Assembly: GCF_006345805.1 (NCBI RefSeq)
Contig: NC_043013.1
Location: forward strand, 44,950,001-45,014,000
Source of the DNA: Octopus sinensis
Lineage: Eukaryota
Direction: 5' to 3'
DNA length: 64,000 bases
The notes beneath the pieces are model-generated. The model made no database searches and was not told the origin of the DNA. It was given only the letters and a program-made list of their open reading frames with translations. This document shows positions 1 to 13,847 of the stretch, piece by piece. Numbering within the stretch: the stretch's first letter is position 1; every line of letters starts with the position of its first letter. Position numbers and translations under genes: made by a program.

Positions 1-290
1 AATTAAATTCCTATATAATCGAATCAAAACCATCTGATGCGTATTTATAGAAAATGTTATTAGACTATATCCATTTTTCTGAAAGTTATGAGAAAACAAA
101 ATCGAAAATCGCACACTTCTGTAGGTATACTTGCTAACAAGAAAGAAAATATTGGATAATAGGCGAAAGTAAAGAATACGTACACCCGGTGTTTAGGGTC
201 AGGGTTAGTAGGGTTTAGGGTTAGGAGTTAGGGGTTTTGTACGCCGAAAACGGGTTGTGTGCGTATTCTTTACCTCTGCTGAATAATATA

Positions 291-507
291 TATTTCTTTA
301 CTACCCACAAGGGGCTAAACACAGAGAGGACAAACAAACGGATTAAGTCGATTATATCGACCCCAGTGCGTAACTGATACTTATTTAATCGACCCCGAAA
401 GGATGAACGGCAAAGTCGACCTCGGCGGAATTAGAACTCACAACGTAGAGGCAGACGAAATACGTCTACGCATTTCGCCCGGCGTGCTAAAGTCTCTGCC
501 AGCTCGC
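291..507 (-). mobile_element. tRNA-derived SINE family A, young copy
   Basis: 15-bp TSD ctgctgaataatata (276-290, 508-522); many related copies in the window. Confidence 0.9.
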
Positions 508-1117
508 CTGCTGAATAATATAGTTAGTTGAAGATAAAGCTGAAAATAGACGAGATGGTCACGGCTGGAATACCTTCAGCGATAGAGCTTACTACGTGAG
601 AGCTAACAACTAAATAAACCAACAAACCAAACGAAATGCGATGATAAGGAAAGTATGACAAACAAAAATGTTTTTTTTTTGAGAAAAAAACCAAAAGCTG
701 TGATAATCACTAAAGTGTGACAGTTGAGTGACTATAAACGGAGTAAAAGAGACCATGAAACGGAGCGTGGTGTGGTGAGGGAGAGAGCGCCACAATGAGA
801 TAGGCACTGACCTCTTTAACCGACCAGGCATAATGAAAGAAAGGTTAACCGTATAAAAACCAACCAACCTAGCAAAAGGTTACTTCCGGTTCTTGTCGTG
901 TTTCTCAAAATACTTTTTTTTCAAGGATATTGTGTGCGCCAGTGTGATAGCACACACACACACACACACACATGAATATGTAAACAATTCGATACACGTT
1001 GAATGAGTGAATATGTGAAATAAAAATTCGCAACACACAATATATATACGTCCAAATGTGTGTGTGTGCGAGTGGGTCGGTGGTGGGTGGATCGATGGAT
1101 AGAGAGGCAAACGCAGG

Positions 1118-1155
<38 letters not shown>

Positions 1156-1204
1156 TGTGTACAGTGCTCAGGTGCACTACAACTCATCTAAAGTGTATGT
1201 ATAA

Positions 1205-1370
1205 TCAGGTGTAGTTTCGGCGGATTTCGGAAAGCATGAGGGCCTTAAAGAATGCAGTGTCATGGCAGTCAACAACTGACGCAGGCAGCCTATTCCATGC
1301 TTCAGCAACTCTGAGCGTGAAAAAATGTTTCCGAAAGTCATGGGAGCTGTGTTGTTTTCTGACTTTGTAC
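1205..1370 (-). mobile_element. CR1-like LINE 3' remnant
   Basis: RKHFFTLRVAEAWNRLPASVVDC..TAFFK is the typical CR1/L2 C-terminus. Confidence 0.8.
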
Positions 1371-1457
1371 CTACAAATGTAAACACAATTGTGTATACAA
1401 GCTACACGCGTAAATAAGGTAGGCATACGGCGCGTGTGAATAGATATGCCAATAAGG

Positions 1458-1718
1458 GGTACTATTCAAGAAGAGTGGTCCCGGTGCGCGCACTCGGGTA
1501 CTCGCTGATTCGTGCTAGCTAGTCGTGACTTGTCGATCCTACAACGACTACCTCGCGAAGTAAATAAAACACAAAATAAATAATTTTTTGACACAAAGTA
1601 AATAAAACACAAAAACACAAAGTAAGGATCGACTAGTCACGACTAGCTAGCGTGGATGCGTGAGTACGCGAGTGCGCGCTCAAGGACCACTCTTCTTAAA
1701 TAGTACCCCAATGGTACC
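1458..1718. mobile_element. MITE family GGTAC, copy 1
   Basis: Long imperfect TIRs; 9-bp TSD ccaataagg at 1449-1457 and 1719-1727. Confidence 0.8.
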
Positions 1719-1839
1719 CCAATAAGGTGTGTCTACCAACGTACATATATAGACTTGTGTGTGTACACAATACGTACAAACATAGTCTTCTAGTATACGT
1801 GTATATTAGCTATGCATATGTATACATGTGCACACAAAT

Positions 1840-1883
<44 letters not shown>

Positions 1884-2372
1884 TCACATATACATACACA
1901 CACGAGTGTGTGAGAGAAGGATATGAGAGCGGCGTGTGTATACTGTTTATTTTGAAATCATTCAACTAAATCACCAGAACACACGAATGTATATACATAT
2001 ATATATAAATACACGGGAATGTGTCCTCTACTGCCGTAACTTTCCTGTTACAAGTTTCCAGCAATGAAGAATTTGCAGCGGATCCCACTTCACGAATAGA
2101 TATCCATGCAGCCATTTCATTGAGAGTATTGATTCCAAAGTTTTTAAGGGTCCACACAGAAGAAATGTCTGAACCCAATAAAATAATTCTACCTACTACA
2201 GGCATCAACGTCTGAAATTTGGGTGGATGGGGGGGCTAGTTGATTACTGCGGCCCCAGTGCTCAACTGGTACTTATCGAACTCGAAAGGATGAATGGCTG
2301 AATAGACCTCAGTGGATGTACGATGAAGAAGAGACAGAGGAGAAAAATAATTCCCTTATTTGAAACATGAAG

Positions 2373-3040
2373 TACCGTAAATCTTCGAGTATAATCCTCA
2401 TTTTTTTTCCCAAAATTTAAAGGTCAAAATCCCTAGTGCGTACTATATACGAGGTTAAAAATGAAAAATATTTTCTAAGTAATGTCCGAGTCTCTATTTG
2501 CTGTCCGGCAATGTTTATTCAGACGCATTTTGTGATGTCGGGCGCGAAAATACCTTAAGCTAAGCCTGAAAGCAATGAAGTCATAAAAGAATCATCCATA
2601 ACTTGCAATAAGCAACATTTATTAAACGTTATTACTGTTATTTCTTTATTTTCTGCAAACAAAATGCACAAAAAAGCTACAAGTTTGCATTATGTTCATC
2701 ATTATCATCATCATCATCGTCCGTTTTCCATGCTAGCATGGGTTGGACGATTTTGACCGAGGGCTGGCGAACTAGATGGCTGCACCAGGCTCCAAACTTG
2801 ATTTGGCAGAGTTTCTACAGCTGGATGCCCTTCCTAACGCCAACCACTCCGAGAGTGTAGTGGGTGCTTTTTAATAACAATAAAGGACGTAACTGTATAC
2901 GTTTTTACAAACCAAGGACGTTAAATAGACCTTCTTGACTCAAGTTAGAGAAGGGGTGCGTATTATACACAGGGTTTAGGTGTTTCAGAGGTACAGCCCC
3001 CTAAAAATTCCCTGCGTATTATACTCAAGGATTTACGGTA
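2373..3040. mobile_element. Tc2/pogo-like MITE (TACCGTAAAT...ATTTACGGTA) with a nested LINE-tail element at about 2700-2872
   Basis: TIRs of about 25 bp with TA ends. Confidence 0.7.
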
Positions 3041-3649
3041 CATAGATTTTTTTCACGGATTGTAAAGAGAAAAGAGAAACAAAAAATATTTTCAGACACA
3101 TTGCTACACACAGTTTTAAAAAAAAACATACTGATCTATTATTGTCTGAAATAGAGACTGGGCCTTTCAGTCGGAGGTCAGCCTTGATCCAGCAGAACTA
3201 GGATCAAAGGCATTCCTGCCGTCACCACACAAGATCAAGCATTTCTCCGATGAGTTGTTCTTGTTTAGCTCCCAAGCCATCCCCGATTGAGATACCCTGC
3301 CTTGTAATGAAAGACTATTAAACAAACTATAACAATCTTAAATTTTTATGGGTATATATATAGGACATTACCTAGTGTGACTTTCTTTAAAACAGCTGTA
3401 TGTGATTTTGAAGGAAATTTGGCTACCATTTCTTGTAGGTCGGACGACCACATTAACGCACTCATTGTGGTTCTTTGTTGTACAGTTTATGCATATTGAA
3501 ACAAGCTGTCTTTCGAATTGTGTGTGTGTGGTTTTAAATGTGAGCTCTGTATCATTTGTGTGATGTGGAAAATATCCCATCAGCATTGCCTAAATGGTGT
3601 TGGCATCAACTTGAAGATGACTCCAGTGCCATCCGTCTTCTACAGAAAT

Positions 3650-3860
3650 ATTTCACCTCAACTGGGGCCCTACTCTCTTTAGCATCATTCCAAAACACGT
3701 AAGAGAAGAAAAAGATCCCATAACATTCAAAGGGTTCTGGACGAATAATACCTCTAACAAATTCCAAATAAACCATCTACACCTGGATATACCTCTGCAA
3801 ACAAACAATAACTTTCTACTCGTATGGGATACAGTGCCCAAAGAATGGCTAATATGAGAA
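3650..3860 (+). mobile_element. Non-LTR LINE 3' remnant (CR1-group type)
   Basis: GPTLFSIIPKHVR...TFKGF/LDE.YL.QIPNKPSTPGY, with a frameshift. Confidence 0.65.
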
Positions 3861-4549
3861 ACATCATTAAATGCTTTTCCAGTTCCAGGTGGTGTTAAGT
3901 TAGTTATAGCCTGGGCCAATTCTGGCCGAAATTTATCAAAGTTTGCGTGTGTGTGCGCGCGTTACAAAGCGACAGGGCAAGTACACAGATGTACCTGACC
4001 ATTTTGAAATGTGTTTACATGATTCTTATTAATTAGACCCAGGTAGTCTTTCCATCAAATTTTGCCTTTTCTTTTTTAAGCGGTAATGTATTTAGGACAT
4101 CTTTTTTCTACGTGATTCAGTGCGATATAAAATCTGACTGCTATTTCTAGCAAATCATTAACAATGCTATGTATACATCTGGCTTTATCTTATAGTCTAT
4201 AAACTAAGTTACAGATTATGTAGGAGCGGATCTCGAAGTGAGCCTGCCTACGTATGAGTGTTGTTTATTTGTTTACATTATAAAAAACAACAACAACACA
4301 TACACACACCGTGAAAGTCAACCACAAAAACTAGAGGTCAATCAGGCGCGTAATCTCGAATTTATCCGGTTTCTAAGGCGGCTGAGTGTCCTTGTGAAAT
4401 GGTGACGCCAGTCCGTTACAAAAAAAAAAGCCCCCGGTTACTGATGATACTCATTTCTCATTTCAGTTGGAGACAGGAGCAATGTAAAAGAATAACTTGC
4501 TCAAGGAAACGTCACTTGGCCTGAGAATAAAGCCCACGGCTTACACACC

Positions 4550-4581
<32 letters not shown>

Positions 4582-5232
4582 GGTTTGGAGATGATGTACA
4601 TGTATTTTATATTAGAAGAAATGAGGTACTCAGAAATTCGGATGGTTTTATATTTACAGATATTTATTTGTATATTACATGTTTTTATACATCATATAAC
4701 TTATATCATATATCATATATTATTAGCGCTTTCGTCCATTCTAGTGGAGTTTTCAAATTGAACTAAATTCTTGGGGAAAATTTGAATATTTTTATAGTGC
4801 TATTGAGTGTGTAGTGGTGGGGAGAGATATAAGATAGTACAACATACATACATATACACACACATACATACATACATACACTCGCATCCAATGTGTTTGG
4901 CCCTCAGGAAGTGTGTAATTTGAGGGAGATATGCCTGCTATTTGTAACTGTTCAAGTAATCACATTAAAGGATTGCCCTGTTTGTGTGCTGGTTTAATTA
5001 GCGCGGGATGTTGTGAATTTGTAAGTGCTTGTATGTATGTGTGTGTGTGTGTGTGAAGCTTGTGGAAAGGTAAACACAGACAAGCAAGACAATATCCAAA
5101 CTTTATCGGTCACTTTTTGTCGAACCCCAATACACCACCAGCGGCTATCAAGCGGTGGTGAGGAGACAAACACACAAAGACATATATTTTTTTAAATATA
5201 AATGACTGAAAAATGATGAGCTAACCTCAGGC

Positions 5233-5850
<618 letters not shown>

Positions 5851-6499
5851 TACGACAGGCTTCTTTCAGTTTCCGTCTATCAAATCTACTCTACAAAGCT
5901 CTAGTTGACCCGGGGCATAGGAGAAGGCACTTGCCCAAGGTGCCATGCAGTGGAACTAAACCCGGAGCCATGCCGTTGGCAAGCAAACTCCTTACCACAC
6001 GATGCTAAGGCAGTGCCACACGTGACTCTGAAAAGTGTCTAGGCTCGACTGTTATATAAATGTCACCCTTTCAACCCTGGATAAATTGTCTCGCAATATT
6101 TGCTTTCAGCTGTCTGCGCTCCAAGTTCAAATTTCCTTGAAGTCAAATTCGCCCTTTTATCACTTCACTGTCAGTAAATAAAGTCAAGTACTGAAGTTAT
6201 TATTTCTTTTTTCCCCCCATTGAACCGGCTATGTTGAATGAGAAAGGAGTGCCTATTGTACAGATCAAACAACTCTTTCACCCTCGTTCTGTGGACTCTA
6301 ATATAAGGACGAAAAACCCTTCAACTATTGACACTAGCCGTAGTTGTTCATTGCAAATAAAGCTTTTCACCAGTTCCCAGTTTAAAATTGCTCTGGCGCT
6401 TGGCTCATATTATATCAAACTTAACTCAATTACTGACTGGAGGTTGTTGTTTTAATACAGATAAAAAGCCACTATATATTTTAAGGGATACATAGTAAA

Positions 6500-6918
6500 G
6501 GATCTTTCGGTTTGAACGGCAGTTTATAACATAATTTCTAGGTAACTAAAAACTTTTAAACTTCGTATACTGATAGAATGTGTTTATAAAACATCTTTTT
6601 CTCTTGGCTTTATTGAGAAAATTCTATGGCTTGTAACATATTTGTTGTTGTTTTTCTTCAATTTCTGAAATTTCAACCAATCAGTGACGTCTATTGAGGT
6701 AAAAAAACATTCTGTGCCGTATGAATATGTCCCTCGTTTAAGAAATAGATTGGGTTTATTTACATTTCTGAAGAAAAAAAAAGATACCCTTCCTCCCACC
6801 CCTAACCCAAACCCTAAAACAGATTGAAATGCAATAGATCGATACTAGGGTCATAATTATGGGTAACAATTTCATATGACACCACTAGAAAAAACTGCCG
6901 TTCAAACCGAAAAGATCC
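6500..6918. mobile_element. MITE family GGATC, copy 1
   Basis: TIR ggatcttt(t)cggtttgaacggcagttt; opposite orientation to copies 2 and 3. Confidence 0.9.
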
Positions 6919-9284
6919 TAAAGCTTTTCACCAGTTCCAGTTTAAAATTGCTCTGGCGCTTGGCTCATATATCAAACTTAACTCAATACTGACTGGAGGT
7001 TGTTGTTTTAATACAGATAAAGGGCCACTATATATTTTAAGGGATACATAGTGAATCGTATTTGGAACCCAACTGGGGCATATTTTAAAACTCGTAGGAA
7101 TAAGAAAGAAAAGTTAACCAGTGTCTCGTAAGTGTCCTTAAAATAAAACAATGAGGTTTGAGAGAGAATGCACATAAACCAACTTGAAATAATCTGTATT
7201 ATATATAAAACTGATAGCAATATTTATGTTACATCAATGTAGGGAATAGTATGTAGATAACAACCATGATGAAATGGTTACTTTGAGTAATAATAAAACA
7301 GTCAACCATCACTACAAGTGTGTAGTGTATGAACGACAGTTAGGTTTATTTTAAGGAACAGTTAATTATCTATCACACCTGTGACATTCGAACCATTTCA
7401 CACTAGGAACAAATTGCCAACGATATCGTTTCAACCAGACCCAACACCACCAGTTTGCATAACCTAAGAACTGCTTCCGAACCAACATAAAGTGCTCAGT
7501 GTGTACCTGAGAACCAATCCTACATAAGATCTTTGACTCACGACTCAGACTCCAGCTTCTGTGTCTCTAATCAAACTAATCAATCATATATTTCTTATAT
7601 TGATTGAACGCACACGGTCAATCTGAGTCACCGGGTTAGTTTTTTAACATCCTAACCGGTTATATTGTGGATTTAAAAACCAAAGTTATAGCATTTTTAC
7701 TTCCTTAAAGGAGCTTTTAGCAAAAGGTTATAAAGTATTACAAAAAAAAATCGAGAACATCCTTGTTTACTAATTCAAAAATTTGAAGTACATTTTAAAG
7801 TTAAAACTATATAAAACAAATTAAATGACAACCTTAAAAAGTAATAAACACAAATATAGGTAACCCTTTTTTATCAAGATTAAAGTATAGTTGGAATATA
7901 AAACTGAACTGTAGAAAAGAGGGGATATAAAAATTATATTGTAAAAGATTGAAAAGTTTATCTCTACCCAATTTAAAGAACCTTTGGGGTCATATCAAAA
8001 GTATAAATTCAAAATTTACTAAACACTTTGCTCTTAGAAACAGAAATAATTCTACAAAATACTCCTTTCTGAAAAACCATGTTTGATTATTTTTCAATAA
8101 GATCTGAGAAACTAGTGAAGTTAATATCTGAAAAATAAAAAATTTTAATACGTTTTGTACAATTAAAAGACCAACTCCGACGACTCCAGTAATCTAATGT
8201 CTGTGTCCGACTTCACAGAACTGGTCGATAAACAGTAACTAAAACAATAATATAAGGGCTTCTTCTCTAAACTGCTCCAATATACTTTAAGATGAAAGAT
8301 GCTTGTTTGTGTTTTTTTCACATTATCAACTCATTAGCGGTTTAGTCCCCCAAGTTGTCAGTTCTGGTTGAAGAAAAAATTTAAATGATTAAATGCATTT
8401 TAATCGTGACCATCCTATTTTTCATTCAGACATGACCATAATTCAGACTACATTACCCACTATGATGTTCCTTTTTAAGAAGGAAAAAAAGAGAGGGTTT
8501 GATTCGAGAGAATTTGGCTGTCATTTCTAGCAAGTTGAACAACCTTACAGCGTAAAGGCTCCCACATCCGAAATCGAAATTTGAACGTCGAGACAGGTTG
8601 GTTACCCCCTTTCGTTCTCTGGTGCCAACAATAATCGTGATATTCTGAATTAAAATCTCAAGTGGATGAAAGAGAATACAGTTATGTGACATCCATGACT
8701 TGCTAAATAGTGATTAGCGACTTATCGCGAAATAAAACTGTTTTTAAACGAAAACTTTGTGCAACTTGCTAGACATGGCAGCCAAATCATCTTCAAATCA
8801 CAAAAAAAAAGAGAAGGGCAAGTTGGATAACGTAGTACAGTATCCACTAACGTCTGAAAATAAAGGGACACGGTTAAAGGGACAAGCTGGGAGTGCTTTT
8901 ACCCTTTTGTTATACGACTAATCTACCTACGAGCTGATTTCGGGTTGAACAATAACAAACGACTGTCGACCTGTTAGAAATAGCAGCCATATATCCATCA
9001 GATCAGAAACCAAGCATGTTATAAGGAAATAAATGGATGCATTGAATAACGTAGTCCTAGATACACTATTCCGCAAATAGGATGGATGGCCTTTGATCAC
9101 ACGTCTTTGGCCGGGAAAGAGGTGCTATAGACAATAGGAGCGGGTTGCATCAGCGGCTCCTTAAACACCGTAGTGCCCGCCATTCATAATAAATGTGATT
9201 TAAGCACACAATGGAAAAAGAAAATTACAATTATTTCAGAGGGGAAGGAAGAAAAAGTGGGGGAATTATAACGTACATACTTAC

Positions 9285-9860
9285 GTTACATGCCTTTTTG
9301 CTTTTTAGATATTAACGACGACAGAAGTGGAAGTATTATAATTCCAGCTGAAATCGGAAGAGTTTAGTCGGGAACGCAAGCGAGCTTTGAGAACTTAACC
9401 GCCGTACTCTGGCGCCTGTCAACGGTTTCTTCTTATCTGAACAGGAAAAGAAAAAACTGGGGAATTTTAGGCTTGACAGGGATATGAGCCAAAGGAGGGC
9501 CTGACGCGGTTACGTCGTGACGTTCATGGATATTTTTTTTTCTGAGCAGCGCGTCGGCAACGAAGAAAATAAACGAGTCTGTATAAATTGTATAACCGAG
9601 AATCGAAACCCGGGTCACAAGCACGGCTTTGCCGGAAGTCTGTCCCCCGTCACTACATAATTTTACGGCACTCCGTAACAATGTCAATAATGCATTTTGA
9701 CTGTTCCAAAATTCGTGGACGACGGGGACTGGGTGGATTTGAATACCACGGATTTTCCAAAGGTATTTATTTGTAGTGAAAAATAATATGGGTGGGCTAT
9801 ATATCTTCTCGAAGGGGTCAACTAGCCGGAAGCTTAATTTTCTACAGTACGGCGCAAACT
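9285..9860. promoter_or_regulatory. CpG-rich promoter-like patch
   Basis: Locally many CpGs in an AT-rich background, ETS-type GCCGGAAGT at 9631-9639, CRE-like TGACG half-sites at about 9502-9527, and outward-facing splice donors at 9284 (-) and 9763 (+). Confidence 0.4.
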
Positions 9861-9997
9861 ATTAATGAGTGTAGTAACAATTAATAGAGAGATGTTACAG
9901 TGTAGCAGCACTAACAATACTAATTAAAATAATTAAGGTTAGCTACAAAAAAAAAAACAATTTTAAAAAAGTGCCTGAAACAATTTCAGCCACATAT

Positions 9998-10048
<51 letters not shown>

Positions 10049-10098
10049 TATATATATGGAAAAAAAGTCAAGATAGAAAATGCTAAAATAATTTATAT

Positions 10099-10145
<47 letters not shown>

Positions 10146-10729
10146 CAATACTTCATATATCCGAAAAAGAAGCACATTCTAAAACATTAGAGCAGCAGTA
10201 TATTCAGAAGGTTATTAGTTATGGCCAATCAACATTCTGTAAATATATGTCTATAAATATGTGTACGAGTGCGAGCATACATAGATATATACTATATATA
10301 ATATAGTGTATGAATTTATCTTCAAAGGTTTAGTCAAAAATCCACACTAGTATAATTTATTTCCTTTTAGTATAGTATTTATTCTGTCGGTTTCATTTAC
10401 TGAACATACACGTCGTGTAGATGTAAACAAACTAATACCGACTGTCAAGCGGTAATTGTATATTTTAAATAAATATATTATATATACACAATAACAATGT
10501 GTATATAATATATATATACACAATAACAATATATATATATATATATATACATATACATAGAGGAATATTTACATTATATATAACTATATTGTGTATGTAT
10601 AAACATACGTATACACATGCAAATTATACAACACGCACACATACATACAAATATAATTTTTATGTTTATTTATATACATCCGTTTAATGGGTATATGTAA
10701 ATTCATATACTCATTGTATACAGTAGGGA

Positions 10730-10755
10730 CAAGATAGATATATAGATAGATAGAC

Positions 10756-10808
<53 letters not shown>

Positions 10809-11034
10809 CAGACAAAGATAGATAGATAGATAGACAGACAAAGATAGATAGATAGATAGATAGACAGACAGACAAAGATAGATAGATAGATAGACAGACA
10901 AGATAGATAGATAGATAGATAGATAGACTGACAAAGATAGATAGACAGACAAAGATAGATAGATAGATAGATAGACAGATAGATAGACAGACAAAGATAG
11001 ATAGATAGATAGACAGATAGATAGATAGACAGAC

Positions 11035-11075
<41 letters not shown>

Positions 11076-11236
11076 CAGACAAAGATAGATAGATAGACAG
11101 ACAAAGATAGATAGATAGATAGATAGACAAAGATAGATAGATAGATAGATAGACAGACAAAGATAGATAGATAGATAGACAAAGATAGATAGATAGATAG
11201 ATAGATAGACAGACAAAGATAGATAGATAGACAGAC

Positions 11237-11285
<49 letters not shown>

Positions 11286-11402
11286 CAGACAAAGATAGAT
11301 AGATAGATAGACAGATAGATAGATAGATAGACAAAGATAGATAGATAGACAGACAAAGATAGATAGATAGATAGACAAAGATAGATAGATAGATAGATAG
11401 AT
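10730..11402 (+). repeat. Compound (GATA)n/(GACA)n satellite with recurrent GACAAA punctuation
   Basis: About 670 bp of tetranucleotide repeat read directly. Confidence 0.97.
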
Positions 11403-11901
11403 GTGTGAGAGAGAGAAATCACACACACAAAGGCGGTGATTGACAATCGTTATCCTTACACAATGAGTTCCGATTTTCGTTCTTGGGCTTTCAGTTTCGA
11501 ATCCCATCGAACTAACTATTTTACCTTCCGCCATTTCGAGGTCGATAAATAAAACTCAGTACTGCTATAGCCCCCACGCATCCCGCCTCCCTACAGCTAC
11601 CACATCACAGACGTTCGAGTGTCTGTCTCTATCTCGAGCACTTGGCCACCGTTAAGGAACTAAAAACACTGCGACTAGGAGTGACTTTCCGAAAAAAAGG
11701 AAAATTTGTAAAACTAATATCGCAACGAATATTGTGTCAGTATGTCTGTCTGCGAGCCCACCAATTTTTTACCCCATATCAAATTACGATATAATCGGAA
11801 TCTGTATCAACTGAAGCGTATTCGTAGAAAGTTATAAGGAAACAAAGGCAAACTATTTGAATTTTTCGGAACTCCTATCTCCCACCACGGAAAAAAAAAT
11901 T

Positions 11902-12316
11902 GGATCTTTTCGGTTTGAACGGCAGTTTTTTCTAGCGGTGTTATATGAAACTGTCACCCATAATTATGACCCTAGTATCGATCTATTGCATTTCAATCTA
12001 TTTTAGGGTTAGGGTTAGGGGGAAGGGTATCTTTTTTTTTTCTTCACAAATGTAAATAAACCCAATCTGTTTCTTAAACGAGGGACATATTCATACGGCA
12101 CAGAATGTTGTTTACCTCAATAGACGTCATTGATTGATTGAAATTGCAGAAATTGAAGAAAAAAAACAAACAAATATCTTACAAGCCATAGAATTTTCTC
12201 AATAAAGCCAAGAGAAAAGGATGTTTTATAAACACATTCTACCAGTATACGAAGTTTAAAATTTTTTAGTTACCAAGAAATTATGTTAAAAACTGCCGTT
12301 CAAACCGAAAAGATCC
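11902..12316. mobile_element. MITE family GGATC, copy 2
   Basis: Same TIRs; flanks aaaaaaatt / caaaaaatt (8/9 match). Confidence 0.9.
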
Positions 12317-13203
12317 CAAAAAATTCCAATATAATCGGAATCTACACCATTCTGTAGCGTATTTGTAGAAAATTTCCTTTAAAAATACCATTTTCAGGAA
12401 GTTATGAAGAAAGAAAGTCGTGGGGTCGGAGTATACAGATGCAGGTGCCCTTAATGTATGTCGTTGTTGTTGTTGTAGTTATTATACTAATAATAATTTA
12501 TTATCATAATTAAGGTGTCAACCTGGCAAAATTGTTAGTGCACTGGGCAAAATGCTAGGCGGCACTTTTTCCGTTGCTACGGTCATCCATTCGGGGTCGA
12601 TAAATGAAGTACCTGTGAAACACTGTGGTCGATGTAATCGACTTGTCCCCCACCCCACCACACCCCATAAAAATAATTTCAGGCTTTGTGCCCCTAATAG
12701 CAAGGATTATTATTATTATGGCGAACTGGCAGAATCGTTAGCGCGCCATTCAATCTTTGAAGATGGATGTCCATTCACACCAAAATTTCAGGCCTTGTGC
12801 CTATAGTAGAAAGGGTTGTTATTATTAATTTCGTCGACCAAGTTTTGTTTAAGATGCAGTCTTCAGACAAGTTAGAACTTGCTTAAAGAACCTGCGCGAT
12901 TACAGGCCAAACTTGATCCGACCAAAGCTTTGTGAGTGGATTTGATAAAAGGAAACTGATAGAAGCCCGTCGTGTGTGTCTATGTATGTGCATATATATA
13001 TATAATTCCAAGACAGAGGTTGTGAATCCAACGAACTAAGGGATAATATCCATCCAATATACTGCTGGTAGAATACCCATAATGTCTAAAAGTTGATAAA
13101 TACCACCTCTTGATCCCCTCCATTTTCTTATTGCTGTATGTGTATATATATGTATGTTGTGTATGTATATTATATATATATATTATATATAATATATATA
13201 TAT

Positions 13204-13234
<31 letters not shown>

Positions 13235-13340
13235 ATATATTCTATATATATATATATATTCTAGCAAAAACTGTCTGATGAACGGCAACGAGAAACTCAG
13301 AGTAACAGATTTTGTTGAATTTTCTGCTGCTTTAAATAAA

Positions 13341-13372
<32 letters not shown>

Positions 13373-13373
13373 T

Positions 13374-13411
<38 letters not shown>

Positions 13412-13757
13412 TATATATATAGTATGTATGTATGTATGTATGTTTGTATATTCAGTTACTTGTTTCAGTCATATGACTGCGGTCATGCCTTTAGTCGAGC
13501 AAATCGACCCCAGGACTTATTCTTTGTAAGCCTAGTACCTATTCTATCGGTCCCTTTTGTCGAACCGCTAAGATACGGGGTCGCAAGCATAACAGCATCG
13601 GTTGTCTAGAGATTTTGGGAAGACAAATATATACCATATACATCCCTTTACAAGAGGAATGAACCCACTCGAATCTACTCGACATTCACTCTATGTTGAC
13701 TGATGATAGAGTATGGACGGATTTTTGAAGTCCAATGATACTCTACATATATATATA

Positions 13758-13807
<50 letters not shown>

Positions 13808-13847
13808 TAATCTTTCAGTTTAGGTTGAAAAAATAAAAACGAAAGAA

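Noticed and set aside
190-235. TTAGGG-like repeats as an interstitial telomere
   Set aside because: Short, degenerate and always inside TIR elements (also near 6800, 12005 and 17880).
1966-2215. Overlapping 80-aa (-) and 64-aa (+) ORFs in unique sequence
   Set aside because: No recognisable motif, and the apparent acceptor comes from an adjacent SINE end.
7055-8300. Possible mitochondrial insertion (NUMT)
   Set aside because: No recognisable mitochondrial protein, rRNA or tRNA motif on either strand.
10584-11534. 316-, 247- and 207-aa ORFs in the track
   Set aside because: Translations of the (TATC)n/(TGTC)n satellite (LSIY repeats). The same applies to the YI/CV/HT-repeat ORFs across the window.
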